DNA from: Podarcis vaucheri
Lineage: Eukaryota
Direction: 5' to 3' (one strand)
Assembly: GCA_965113315.1 (NCBI GenBank)
Contig: OZ220374.1
Length of the DNA stretch: 64,000 nt
Shown: positions 37,602 to 49,237 of the stretch, piece by piece
How positions within the stretch are numbered: the stretch's first letter is position 1
Layout: the number at the start of each line of letters is the position of its first letter
Notes under the pieces: generated by a model
What the model was told of the DNA's origin: nothing
What the model saw: only the letters and a program-made list of their open reading frames with translations
The model's database searches: none
Made by a program: the position numbers and the translations under genes

Positions 37602-38087
37602 GTACTATGTGACATTTTGAACACATCTTGAATTTCTGGGCTACCATCCTAGGAAGCTACGCATAGGCAGCCAGAGGTGTCTTCTGAGGTTTTTGCTGCA
37701 GCTGCTTGTGTGACTGAATGACAAATTTCTAAACAGAAAAGTGACTTGTCTGATCAGCTGCGCAAGTGTCTGCAACAGAAACTTTAAATGCCCAGCTGTG
37801 AATGCAGTTCTCCCATGCTACTGCACAGGAGACTAACTTATCCCATTGACTGCATTGTAACCTAAGTCCAGCTAACCTAAGCTTGTTCTAATCCAATATG
37901 TTTCATTACTGTTGCACAAGGTTAGGGAACCTGTGACTCTGCAGATGTTGCTGGACTTCAAACTGCCAACAACTCCAGAAAAGCATAGCTGAAAACCAGG
38001 GCCAGAGGTTTTCCAACTCTGCTGTACAGAGATCTCTGTATGCTTATTAAAGCAGTGCACATCCTCATTGTTCATTTTGGTCCTTAG

Positions 38088-38311
38088 GCAGTCACACCAG
38101 GTAGCAATGGATGTCAACACAGAGCCATCACAGAGTGAACAGATTATTTGGGATGACCCCACTGCAAGAGAAGAGCGGGCAAGGCTTGCTAGTAACCTTC
38201 AGTGGCCCAGCAGCCCCTCACAGTGTTCTGAACAAATTCAACCTATTGCAGTAAACGCTGGAGACCTCTCGCTCACAAAATCCTTTACCGATACGGAAAT
38301 TGCTGAAATGG
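38088..38311 (+). CDS. TOPBP1: TOPBP1 coding exon 20 (AAD core Trp)
   Basis: [33 protein letters not shown]. Confidence 0.95.
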
Positions 38312-39447
38312 GTAAGAAGAGAAAACAGTGTGATTGAGTTGAAATAGCTGGTTTTCATGGTTAAAAAAATTCCCTGGATTTTGCTCACTTAAGACTGTAG
38401 ATGTGTAGTTGTATTATTGAAGGTTTCCCTGTTTTTGTTTTGTTTTTAAATGCTGCGTGTCTGGGGGGAAGTCTAGGTTAGAATTAAGCTCAGGCATATT
38501 TTCTATATATAATGAAGATTTCCTTTGTATAGTGGAGTCCTCAGTCATGTGAGTCCCCACCACTGGTACAATGATAAGAATTCATAAACAGTTTTACCAT
38601 CTGATGTACAATTATTATTTTTTGCTAGGCCCAATCTAATAGTTACACAGTTTTGTTTCTACCAGGAATTGTGTATTCCAGTGTAGTTTGTTGTCAGCTA
38701 ACTATATACTTGCTTTGTGTCAGAGGATACCAATGATGATCCATTTAAAAAACAACCCCTTGCTTTTTTTATTCATGTATATTTGAAACACCTTCCTCAC
38801 ACCAAATATTTAGGGGTAGGAAGGAATTGAGAAATTGGCCTTAAGGATGTGTCTGGAACAGAATATGGGGGCAAAGGAAAGGTTGAAGCTGTCTTAGGTA
38901 TCCAGGGATAGAAGGAGGGCTTGATTAACCAAATGTTCACATGATAGAATTATGAATAAGAGATTTTTTTTATACTTTGTATGGTTTATGTGGCACTTCA
39001 GAAGCATTAAGGATACATGATAATTTTGTTCTACAGTCTCTTCTCATGTGTAGGCAAACACAGGCGACTCCCGATTTAGGCGCATCTGAATGATGTGTGA
39101 TCACGCACACTCGTGTGGCACTGAACCAAAAAGTAGCCCTAAAACATCATAAAAAGGGGTGGAGCGGGCTTACATGGGCTCTACCGACACAAATGGGGGT
39201 CTGGAATGGAACCCCTGTGTAAAACAAGGATTTCCTGTAAGTTTAGGCTGCAGTCTTGATCATTTATAGGCTATTTAAATCAACAGGGTTACATGTTTTG
39301 GATTGTAGCTGCCACTTTTGAAGGTTCTGATTTAAATAATACATTATTTTTTTCTCTCCTTTTCATTTTCTGCTTGGCTTCCTTTGAGAACTGTTCAGTT
39401 TTATATTTGCCTGCTTTAGTGATTTGATGGGGTTTTTTTCTTTGTAG

Positions 39448-39614
39448 AAATTGATGAACCTGCAAAAACAGATTGGGTTGAGGTCCCAAAGCTTCCAGGC
39501 TGTAGAAATCCAGAAATCCCTGTGAAAGAAGATAGTCTGATCCCAACTCCGCTGGCTCCTGCCATTGCCTTTCCTTTGGCAAATCCTGCTGTGGCTCCTC
39601 AGCCAAAAACAAAT
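39448..39614 (+). CDS. TOPBP1: TOPBP1 coding exon 21
   Basis: [24 protein letters not shown]. Confidence 0.88.
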
Positions 39615-40289
39615 GTATGCCTTATGACAGCATGCTGATTCATATATTAATATTTGCATTGAGAAGTTGTACTCCAGTGTTCGTTTGAACTTTCATTTGA
39701 AGTTGGTAGTAGTTTAATATTAACATACAGATAATAGATTGCAGCAGACATTAATCATTTTATCCCTGTGGCTTCTTGGCAATTACTTTAAATCCCATAT
39801 GCAACCTGTTTTTCCTGCCAGCTCAAGAATAATGGAGAGGTTTAAGGAAATAGGAAGTACCTGTGATTTGTTCTGTTAAAATAATTTCATTATTGGGACT
39901 AGGAGTTCAGGAATGATTTCAAGGGTCTGACATATTGGTTGAAATATCTGGAGGTATTTAATTTCATGTAGTGCTTGTTGACTTTGTGCTACCTGCTAAA
40001 TTACTGTATAATGCATATTTCATATAGATAGACTTCAGCTCTGATACATTCAGCTATACTTGATCAGAATAAATAGCTTCTACTGTATACCTTGCCATTT
40101 AGTAGAGACTCGGGCAAAGATATCGAATGATTTTTTAAAATAACAAATATGTAACTCAAGTCTCTTTAGGGGCTTATCATACAGGTTTTTAAAAAAATGT
40201 GACTGAATTAAATGGATAATGGGACAAACTGCTGGGAATCAATGACATCTTTTTGTCCTTTCCTCTTTCCCCCAAACTTACCGTTTCAG

Positions 40290-40404
40290 GTCATTAGAGT
40301 AGACCAAATGACTGCTGAAGAACCAAAAAAAGAGTACAGATTCCAGCTGTCTTCTGTTCGCCCTCAGGCACGGATTGATTATTACCATATGATTGAAGAG
40401 CTGG
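40290..40404 (+). CDS. TOPBP1: TOPBP1 coding exon 22 (BRCT7 start)
   Basis: KKEYRFQLSSVRPQARIDYYHMIEEL. Confidence 0.92.
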
Positions 40405-40557
40405 GTAAGAAATCGGTGACCAGAGCATATCGGAGCTCCATCTGCTGGTGGTGGTTGTTGTTGTTGTGTTACAAAACACCTCATCACTTTCTATGTCTGA
40501 CCTTCCCCTAGTAGGAATTGCTTGTAAAAATAACTATATTTAAAATCCATTCTTTAG

Positions 40558-40721
40558 GTGGAGTGGTGCTTGAGAAGCAGTGCTTTGACCCTAGGTGTAC
40601 CCACACAATAGTGGGGCACCCTATTGGCAATGAGAAATTCTTGGCATCAATGGCAGCTGGAAAGTGGGTACTTCATTGTTCCTACCTGGATGCATGCAGA
40701 ACAGTACAATGCTTTCTACCG
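40558..40721 (+). CDS. TOPBP1: TOPBP1 coding exon 23 (BRCT7)
   Basis: [39 protein letters not shown]. Confidence 0.93.
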
Positions 40722-41367
40722 GTACGGCATACCTTTAAGTAAATTTTAGTCTGTTTTAAAAACTCTTTTAGTGTTGTATTTGTTTTTGTTTTTAAATGTG
40801 TAACCTGCTTTTCCCCACATCTGTGTCAGCAGCTTACAAAATGAAAACATACGATATACAAAATTCAAAACTTAAATATCAGAGATTAAAACATCAGAAC
40901 ACCATTCATGGTGCAAAGCCATAAAGGAAGCTGATATAATTTACAAAAGCAGCATGTGATCAGAAAGCAAATGATGTGGTCAATTTGCTGAAGCTGAGTA
41001 GGTCTGGGTCTGGGCAGTGTCTAGATGGGAAACTGTACATATTCTGCCTTGAGTTCCATGGAATAGAGGCAGGGATATACATGAGGGGAAAACAATGAAC
41101 CGAAATCTTGCCTCACCGCAATGTTTTAAATGACTGAATCCCACTTTAATTAGCTACTCCATGGATTTAAGCTGAGAATTCATTATTTAGGTTGAGTGGT
41201 GCTTGAACTTGGGTAATTAAAAAAAATATCTCAAAGGGCACCCAGTGTAAATGTTACATGTATTTTAATTGTTTATAAAATACTGTATAGGTTTCTTGTT
41301 TTTGGGATTTTTCTTGTTTCATGTTGTTGACTGAATTGCAGTGAATAAGAGACTTTCCACCCATTAG

Positions 41368-41508
41368 GAGGAAGATTTTGAATGGGGAAGTAATTCCATA
41401 CTCAGTGCTGCATCTGAAATAACTGAATCCCAGAGGAATTTAGCAGTTGCAGCAATGAGGTGGAGGAAAATAATACAAAGACGGCGAGAGGAAGCTGGCA
41501 TTACTGAG
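41368..41508 (+). CDS. TOPBP1: TOPBP1 coding exon 24
   Basis: [12 protein letters not shown]...[10 protein letters not shown]. Confidence 0.93.
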
Positions 41509-41888
41509 GTATTTTTCCTGAGGAGTAGTGTGTTTTTTGAAAGTAGCTCTCAGCTTTTTATTTATTTATTGATTGACACTTTGTGGCTGTAAAGAGAGAT
41601 GCAATTCATTTTATTTAATTTTTTAAAATTGAAAATATTCCTTTCCTGAACAAAATAAAATAGAAACAAAAAGTGAATAAAGAAATAAAAAGGTATGTTA
41701 TATCACTATATATTCAAGAGATGTACTTCAGTGTAGTAAAACAGCATTCTGACTTACTAACGTTAAGCATTCTAACTTGTTAAACTACTTTTAGAAAATG
41801 TGTTGCTAAACTTGCTTTAAAAATTTGTAGCATTTTATAAGTATGTGTTCATGTGTATATACACATATTAATAGCTCTATCTTTGTAG

Positions 41889-41978
41889 GGCGCATTTCAG
41901 GGTTGGAAAGTTATTTTGAATGTTGACCCAGCCAAGGAAGCAGGCTTCAAACGTCTTATAGAGTCAGGTGGAGCAAAG
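41889..41978 (+). CDS. TOPBP1: TOPBP1 coding exon 25 (BRCT8)
   Basis: [30 protein letters not shown]. Confidence 0.93.
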
Positions 41979-43553
41979 GTATGTATTCTGTTCATTTGCC
42001 AGTATTGATGCCAGTGGGTGTTGAATTGCTGCTTTCTGCATAAGAACATAGTATCTTAAAATTTCTTATTAGATCAGAATGATGAATTGTTCCAAAGCAA
42101 GGAACTGGTTGTGTCACCAGAAACTTTTTGTCCTGTGATGCAACACACATCCATTAAGCGTACTCCAATGTTATTTTTCCATTAATTTCAGTTAAAAGTA
42201 TTGTAGTGTCTATTGTTCCAGATCCACTTGGGGGCGGGAGGAGAAATCAATCAGTATTTTTGTTTTACAAATAAGTATTATGTAAAAATTGAGCAAATAA
42301 TTTAGGCAGGTGCGGGGAACCTTCGGCCTTCCTGATGTTGCTGAACTACAATTCCCATCATCACTATCCATGGCCATGCTCACTGGGGCTGATGAGAGTT
42401 GTTCAGTAACATCTGGAGGGTTAAAGGGTTATTCACACCTCTCTCCAGCTACTTAAACACAAACGTGTGTGTGTGGAGTTATCTATAACGACAATGGTTA
42501 TTTTACCAACCTTTTTTCTATTTCAATCTCTCCAAGTTCATGTAACTAACAAAATGGCAAGAGATCTTTAAAAAAGTATTTGAAATAATAATAAACCAAG
42601 ACTTAAAGCTAATATACTCATGATGGGGGGAAATGGAGGTTTGTTTGTGCCAAATTTGCAATTGTATTATATGTACAAACTCATATATGTATATGAGGGA
42701 GGAAATGGAAGAAACCATTGCAGAAAATGAGGTGGGGGAATAGAGCTAATAAAAATAAAAATAATTTTATGGTACTCAGTTGGCTAAATATGTGGGATTG
42801 ATATGTCTGGTAAGCCCAAATATATTTCCTCCATAATTGCTATTAGATGAGTTGCATCCTGATTACTGCTTTAAATTGGAGAAATTGTTAAATACAAGGA
42901 TTTAATAAGAAGGTACGATTAAATTCTCAATTGTTGGAAATACCTGGTATTCTGGAAAGCTGAATATTTTCAAGTAATGGTTGAACACCCTCTTAACAGA
43001 ACAGGTAGATTTTTGTCTGTATAATTCAGACTAGGGTAGCCACTTGCTAGGTTCTCTGTGGCAAGTAATTTACTCACAGACCCCTCAATTCCACATTCTC
43101 TCCTTAGCCATTGGCTCTTTTAGACTGGATACAAGACACTGTGTGCATAGGCTCAAAAATAGTTTCAGAAGCTGCATGTGACATGGAGAACTACCACCCT
43201 TTGCACTGTGCTGTAATATTGTGCAGTATCAATGGCACTTGTCCAGCCAATTTCCTTCCTAGTATTCTGGGAGAGTGGAAAATATGCTTAGAGATAGGGT
43301 AAGGTGTCAGAGGAACATAGTCATGGGGGCTTAGCCATGTGGAGATGTTGTACAACCACTGCACCCTATTTTGACAATGTAACAGTTAATATGTTTTTAA
43401 TTTTGCATGCCACTTCCAGGGCCATCCTGGAAGCTGCCAGCAGGGCTGGCGGTTCACCTTCTGAAATTCTGCTGGCAAGGCTAGTTTAAATGCTAATAGT
43501 ACGCATGTACCATATATATAAGTAATTCAGTGTCTCTGTGTTTGAAATTACAG

Positions 43554-43715
43554 GTGCTGCCTGCTCATTCTGTCTCTGCCTTTAGAGAAGCCACCCATCT
43601 TTTTGCCGATTTTAACAAACTGAAGCCAGAGGATTTAAGAGTTAATTTAGGAGAGGCTTCTGCTCATGGAGTGAACTGCCTGAAGCCAGAATACATTGCT
43701 GACTATCTTATACAG
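43554..43715 (+). CDS. TOPBP1: TOPBP1 coding exon 26
   Basis: [25 protein letters not shown]...[13 protein letters not shown]. Confidence 0.93.
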
Positions 43716-44392
43716 GTCTGCATGCCAGTAGCACAATGTGACTTTTGTTACTTTTAAGAAAACTTGCCACATCTCAAAAATCAAAGCTGTTGCAGCAACT
43801 ATGTGCAGAATTTTGTGTGCCTAGAGCAAGGATTAGGAAACCTAGGGCAATTCCCAGTGGCAGTAGTCAGCATGGCCAATGGTCGGAGGTGATGTGAGTC
43901 AGGAACACCGGGAGGACCACAGGTTTCCCACAAGGCCTTTCCCTTTGTATGACCAATAGGAAAACTGTGTGTCTAGCGGTAGAAAAAGATAGAAAACCTG
44001 TTGCCTACCCAAGGCTATGGATTGTGCCTCAGGTGCAGAGATGGTGATGATTACTTTGCTCTTGACCCATTTTCTTCAGCTTAAAAGATGACATTTCAAG
44101 ACAAGTGGATGTTGTCTTTTTCTTTGCCAGAGCTGGTTAGAACAAAAAGCAAAAAGGGCTAGGTCTGCAGACAGGGCAGACTTTAGCCAGTATTCCTGCT
44201 GAAATGCTAGGGTAATAAGTAGGGAAAGAGAATGTCTGATAATGAATTCAAGGGTGCGATATTTGAGAGGAAAACTTAAAAGCCGGAAGCATGTGTTCCT
44301 ATTGTGGGTGGGTGTGCATGTCTTGGTAATGGGCACACCTTAAGAACGTCCTAGGTAAAGAAATGTGGGACTAGTGATGGTTTCGATCTTTA

Positions 44393-44426
44393 TAAACTAA
44401 ACTAAACTAAACTAAACTAAACTAAA
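44393..44426. repeat. (TAAAC)n pentanucleotide microsatellite next to the last TOPBP1 acceptor
   Basis: Direct reading. Confidence 0.9.
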
Positions 44427-44440
44427 ATCTTATTTTGAAG

Positions 44441-44482
44441 GAGCAACCACCTCAAATGGAAGGTTATCGTTTGCTGGTATGA
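44441..44482 (+). CDS. TOPBP1: TOPBP1 terminal coding exon, truncated (EQPPQMEGYRLLV*)
   Basis: Acceptor ttttgaag|; resembles the recalled human [11 protein letters not shown]; TGA at 44480-44482. Confidence 0.75.
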   Translation, partial: EQPPQMEGYRLLV

Positions 44483-44584
44483 AGATAGGCAGCAGCGTCT
44501 GGCAGAGAACATGAAACCGGGTTATCTTAGAAGCAGATATCTCCTGAAGAAACACGCCCGATAAAGCAAGCCTGAGTATGTTGA
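44483..44584 (+). pseudogene. Fossilised ancestral TOPBP1 C-terminal tail, in frame but interrupted by stops
   Basis: R*AAASGREHETGLS*KQISPEETRPIKQA*VC* aligns to the recalled human ...[26 protein letters not shown]. Confidence 0.75.
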
Positions 44585-44646
44585 TACCTTAAAAATATTT
44601 TTTCAAATTTCTATTTATACTTGTTTTCTTTCCACATAAAAAGGTC

Positions 44647-44652
44647 ATTAAA
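44647..44652 (+). terminator. Candidate TOPBP1 polyadenylation signal ATTAAA (AATAAA alternative near 44876)
   Basis: Followed by a T/GT-rich tract. Confidence 0.4.
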
Positions 44653-45068
44653 TGTTTTTTGTAATATTTTGTGTATATTGCTTTTAAAATGAAATTTGGT
44701 TGCTCAGAAACTAGACTCCACTGATTTTTGCTGCCAGGGTAAAGTTGGTTCTTTGAATATTTTAAATTTATTCTTTATTTTCTTAGTAGATTTATGTCCC
44801 TTTGTGTGGAGCCCAGTCATGCTTCCCCATAGCATATTTTCATCCCTTTTCGGCTGCTTTTACATTTACTTCTAGAATAAAGGATGTTGGACTTACTGTG
44901 AAGGTTAGTTCTGCTCAGCTGGAGGTCAGTGATGGAGGATTCCTCCATTTCTGGAGGCTGGACTTCCAGAACCTTCTACCTGTAGGAGCTCCCTCAGTTC
45001 TGGAATGTACAGCATTCTTAATAAATTCTAGAAGCCAGGCACTTCAGTATATTGAATGAAATGCAGTA

Positions 45069-45423
45069 CAGTGGTGCCTCGCAAGACGAAATTAATTCGT
45101 TCCGCGAGTTTTGTCGTCTTGCGATTTTTTTCGTCTTGCGAAGCACGGTGTCGGAAAAGTTTTGGAAAAGCTTCAAAAATCACCAAAGTCTTCAAAAACC
45201 TCAAAAAAGGCTACCACACCACGTGCTATGAGTTGCTCCTCGAAGTCAAGTCGCAACTGTATTAACGGTTTTAAGAAAAAGGAAACAAACTTGCAAGACG
45301 TTTTCGTCTTGCGAAGCAAGCCCATAGGGAAAATCGTCTTGCGAAGCAACTCAAAAAACCAAAAACCCTTTCGTCTAGTGAGTTTTCCGTCTTGCGAGGC
45401 ATTCGTCTTGCGAGATACCACTG
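45069..45423. mobile_element. Tigger/pogo-like MITE (family C)
   Basis: Same ends as 31881-32214, TA TSD. Confidence 0.9.
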
Positions 45424-45994
45424 TATGTTTAATAAGAAGCATAGGAGGGCATTTACTCTCAGTGCAGAACTTTTCTTAGCCCCTGCCCTATTCAGTCATT
45501 ATTTGCATTTTGAGGCAACAAGAGACTGCTGGACCATGCCTTTAGCCCCCTGCCCTCATACTTAATAAATAGTAATTTTATTATTTATACCCCACCAACC
45601 TGGCTGTGTGGCTTACAGCATATACAAAAAAAAAAAAATATATAAAACACCAGACGTTTCCTGATTCTTGTGTTCTTCTGGCTTCCCATGGGCTAAGGGC
45701 AATAATTGACAGCAGCAAAACGGCTGTACTTTAGGCTCCCCATGTAGGTATCTCATTGCTGATTGCAGTAAACAGATGGGAAGCCAGGAGCCATTTGACA
45801 ATGAGAGCAGGGCTAAAGGTGTGCCCTGGAAACTGCTTGCTACTCGCAGAGTAATGATTGAAAAAGGCTCAGCTAGTGCAACCTGAACAAGTTTTGAGGG
45901 GAGGAAATAGCGTATTGTATCCTACTTTCCAAATGTTTCTGGGTAGAATGCTTCTGTTCAGGATTTCAGCTGCTCCATTCCACCACCACCCCTT

Positions 45995-46066
45995 CCTTTT
46001 TTGTGTTATAGCATCTTGGGTTTATTGGAACCTTTTTTGTGTTATAGCATCTTGGGTTTATTGGAA
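45995..46066. repeat. Perfect 36-bp tandem duplication
   Basis: CCTTTTTTGTGTTATAGCATCTTGGGTTTATTGGAA twice. Confidence 0.9.
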
Positions 46067-46742
46067 GTGAAATCAGCTTTCCCCCCTTAATATATTGATT
46101 TTCCATTGATTTATTTTGACAGCACTCGCTTCTGTCACCAGGTACATTTTCCCCCTAACCCCCTTTTTTGCTATTCTGCTGGAGAGGAAATGACCTGTTC
46201 ATACTTTTGAGGTTCTTTCTACAAAATTTAAGATCTGTAAGCCACTCTCCCTCCTTCCTATGCAACCATCCAGATTCATTCTGCCAAGCAGCTCCTCTCA
46301 ACATTCCATGCCATTTATCCTAATTGGACTGTTGTTGGAGGGACTCCCCCCACCCCATAGACTACCTAACCACTGTGAGAACAAGATACTGCATTAGATG
46401 GATCTTTGGCCTGATGAACAGGGCTCTTACGTTCTTAAAGAAAAATAGTGTCTCATTGTTCACAAGTCTCTATGTAGTTAGTATGACCAGGGGGTGTTAA
46501 GACACATGTTAACAATGGACAGTTCCTTATTTTAAACCAGAGATGGGGGACCTGTGACCTCACCCCCAATGTTGTTGGGATTCTAATTCTCATAAACACT
46601 AGAATGATCAACCAGCAAGGGGTGGTAGGAGTGTGCCCCAGAAACATGTCGGGGGGGGCACAGGTTCCCCCATCCTGGCTTTAAACATACACTTAAAAAC
46701 AGTAGATCATACCAGAGGGATAACAAACAGTGTGAACATAAG

Positions 46743-46748
46743 TTTATT
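46743..46748 (-). terminator. Candidate distal CDV3 poly(A) signal AATAAA
   Basis: Minus strand reads TTTTTTTGTAAACTCCCTGAATGAAATAAAC at the end of a repeat-poor, UTR-like tract. Confidence 0.45.
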
Positions 46749-49210
46749 TCATTCAGGGAGTTTACAAAAAAAAATAATGATAATTGATCTTAAGTAATTT
46801 CCATGCAAAACCCAAAAACCTTGTTAATACAATTAGAGCTGCACAGTTAATCACATAAAACCAGAAAGGGGATGCATAAAGATTGAAAACTCAACCATGC
46901 CTTCTTGCAAAGTCCATTGTTACATGATCCATACATTTAAATAATGTTTTGTAAAGAAGCCTTCTATAGTAGTAGCAAAATACTGTAATGAAAAAGTTGA
47001 ATAAGGTGACAGAATCAGCCATCAGACGTTGGCCGATTAGTTATATGTTGTGCACTTCTATAGCACCTTCCATCAGGAAAACTCAAAAGCATTTTACAAT
47101 GAAGTCAGCCTCACAACACCCCTGTGAGGTAGGGAAGCATTATCTTTACAGCCTAGAAAACAGAGGCACAACCAGACTTCCATCCACTCCTATGCCATAC
47201 TTGCAGCAGACTATGCTTTCATCCTTGCAATGGTTTGGGATCAGATTCTTTTCATTGATGTTCATGGACTTGCCCTTGGCAAGTATGTTAACATTTTAAA
47301 TCGAAGCAAGTGGTCTATATACCAGCAACGTTTATGGTAATTCATATTCTAATAGAAATGTCAAACTTTTTTTAGTTCTTAAAGTTACTTTATATATATT
47401 TAGAAGTAACTAATCTTTCATTTTAGTAACCCCCATTTACCTAATCGCAGCTTGAAGGCTCTGGAGGTTCATATTTGCAGAGATAATACATCATCCTAAA
47501 GTATTTCTTCCAATTGTTACTTTCCTCTGATAACTATTCTACAGATTTGGCAGAATAGGAATGACAGAATTCTAAAGTTCTTATTACAGGTTGGGGGCAC
47601 TTTTCAAATACTCTCCTCTATATGAAGCTTCATATAGGGCCTGGCAAGACCCTATATATTTTTGTTTTCTACTTATGGGGAATGTGGAGGATCATTAAAA
47701 ATACAAGCTACCCACCCCTGCACATAGAGCTGGTATGATTTATTCTTCAGAATTTTCTGAGTCCTCTATGAGCAATTCAAGTATTTTTCTGCAGTTCCTT
47801 TTTAGTATCTGTGTTGTTTCAGACACATTGAATAAAAATGCAGTTTTATAGCTGCATCAGTGCTTTGGGACAAGATTACCTCAAGGATGAAGTGAATCAA
47901 TTCCTGGGCATTTTTATGTAGGTATTATGTAAAATAAGGATATTGCTTTCCAGGATAGAATTCTTTTACATTTTGCACCTTTTAGTCTTACTCCCCAGGA
48001 AAGTTTCATGTAATGCTTACTATCAACTTTTCTTTATGTGGGCTCTTTTGAGCTAATAAAACTATACAAAGAAGCCTACTCAATGTGGCATATATTTTTG
48101 CACTTGGATTTTTGCCTACCTTGCTTTAAAAACAGCTTCATGAAAACTATCAGTTCTGACTCTATAGTTATCTAGGCCTAGGCACAGTTTATCCAAAATA
48201 ATGCAGATTTTGTTTCACTCTTCTAACATTACTTGCAGCCGTCCACACTTTCAGCTATAACATGGATTATCAGGGATACAGCAGTCTAAGGCCTCATCAC
48301 TAAACTTTTCCACATACAGGTCCCACTGAAGTCAAGTATTAAGAGTATATAGAAGACACTGTCTATGCAGACATGGCTTTAACAGTACAGCCTGACAGGT
48401 GGTGGTGGGAAGCTGAGGAATGACCCTGCTCACCTGATGCTAACATACTGGATCTCATATCTGAATGGGAGCCTATGCATGTAGAACCCAATACCTCCAA
48501 GTCCTTGGAGTAAAAATTGTGCTATTTGGGCCTATGCAGGTTGGGCAATATGCACATAGTCCCCTATTCAAATGAGACTCCAAATATACAGGTATCAAGC
48601 AGATGCACCAGCAGTGCAAGGGCACTCATGACCCCCTAAAGTTTGTGAGTGCTGCTGTTAAGAGCCACATCTGCATAAAGCTTGCATTGCAACCACACCA
48701 TTATAGCATTTGTACAGACGCCTCTGAAAGTGATGCAAAGGCTCTCAGGCACTCCTAATGCTTCCATGGAATGAACACCCACTCCATAGGATCTCTTTAC
48801 CATGCATCACAGATGCATTAAAAATGATCCAACCATGTTTGGAATAAAAAGCTCTACCATCAACACATATTTCTTGTTATGCTTTCAAAAGTTCAGATTA
48901 AAACCCTATTTTATTTAAGCCTGGCTTATTTGACCCTCACATTCCTTTCTTTGCGTGAAATTGGCTTTCAAGTGCTTTACTGAATAGGTTACAACTATTA
49001 CGCCTGCTTTGAACAAGATGATGTCATGAACATTATAAAGTGTCAATAATGCAGTAATACAACTAAATATTTTTATGACCAATTACAAATATGGTGCATG
49101 TTCTGCCAAAAGTCAGTCTTACGTCCATTCACAGAATAGCTACTGGAACACAAATAGAAAATGGATTGCACAAGACCAGGTTTGATTTCGGGGATAGAAA
49201 TGTTCCTATT

Positions 49211-49237
49211 GTGCTTGCTTCAGCAGCACATATACTA
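49211..49237 (+). pseudogene. U6 snRNA 5' fragment, tailless retrocopy
   Basis: GTGCTTGCTTCAGCAGCACATATACTA versus U6 GTGCTCGCTTCGGCAGCACATATACTA (two CpG-type changes); TSD TAGAAATGTTCCT(A/G)TT. Confidence 0.85.
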
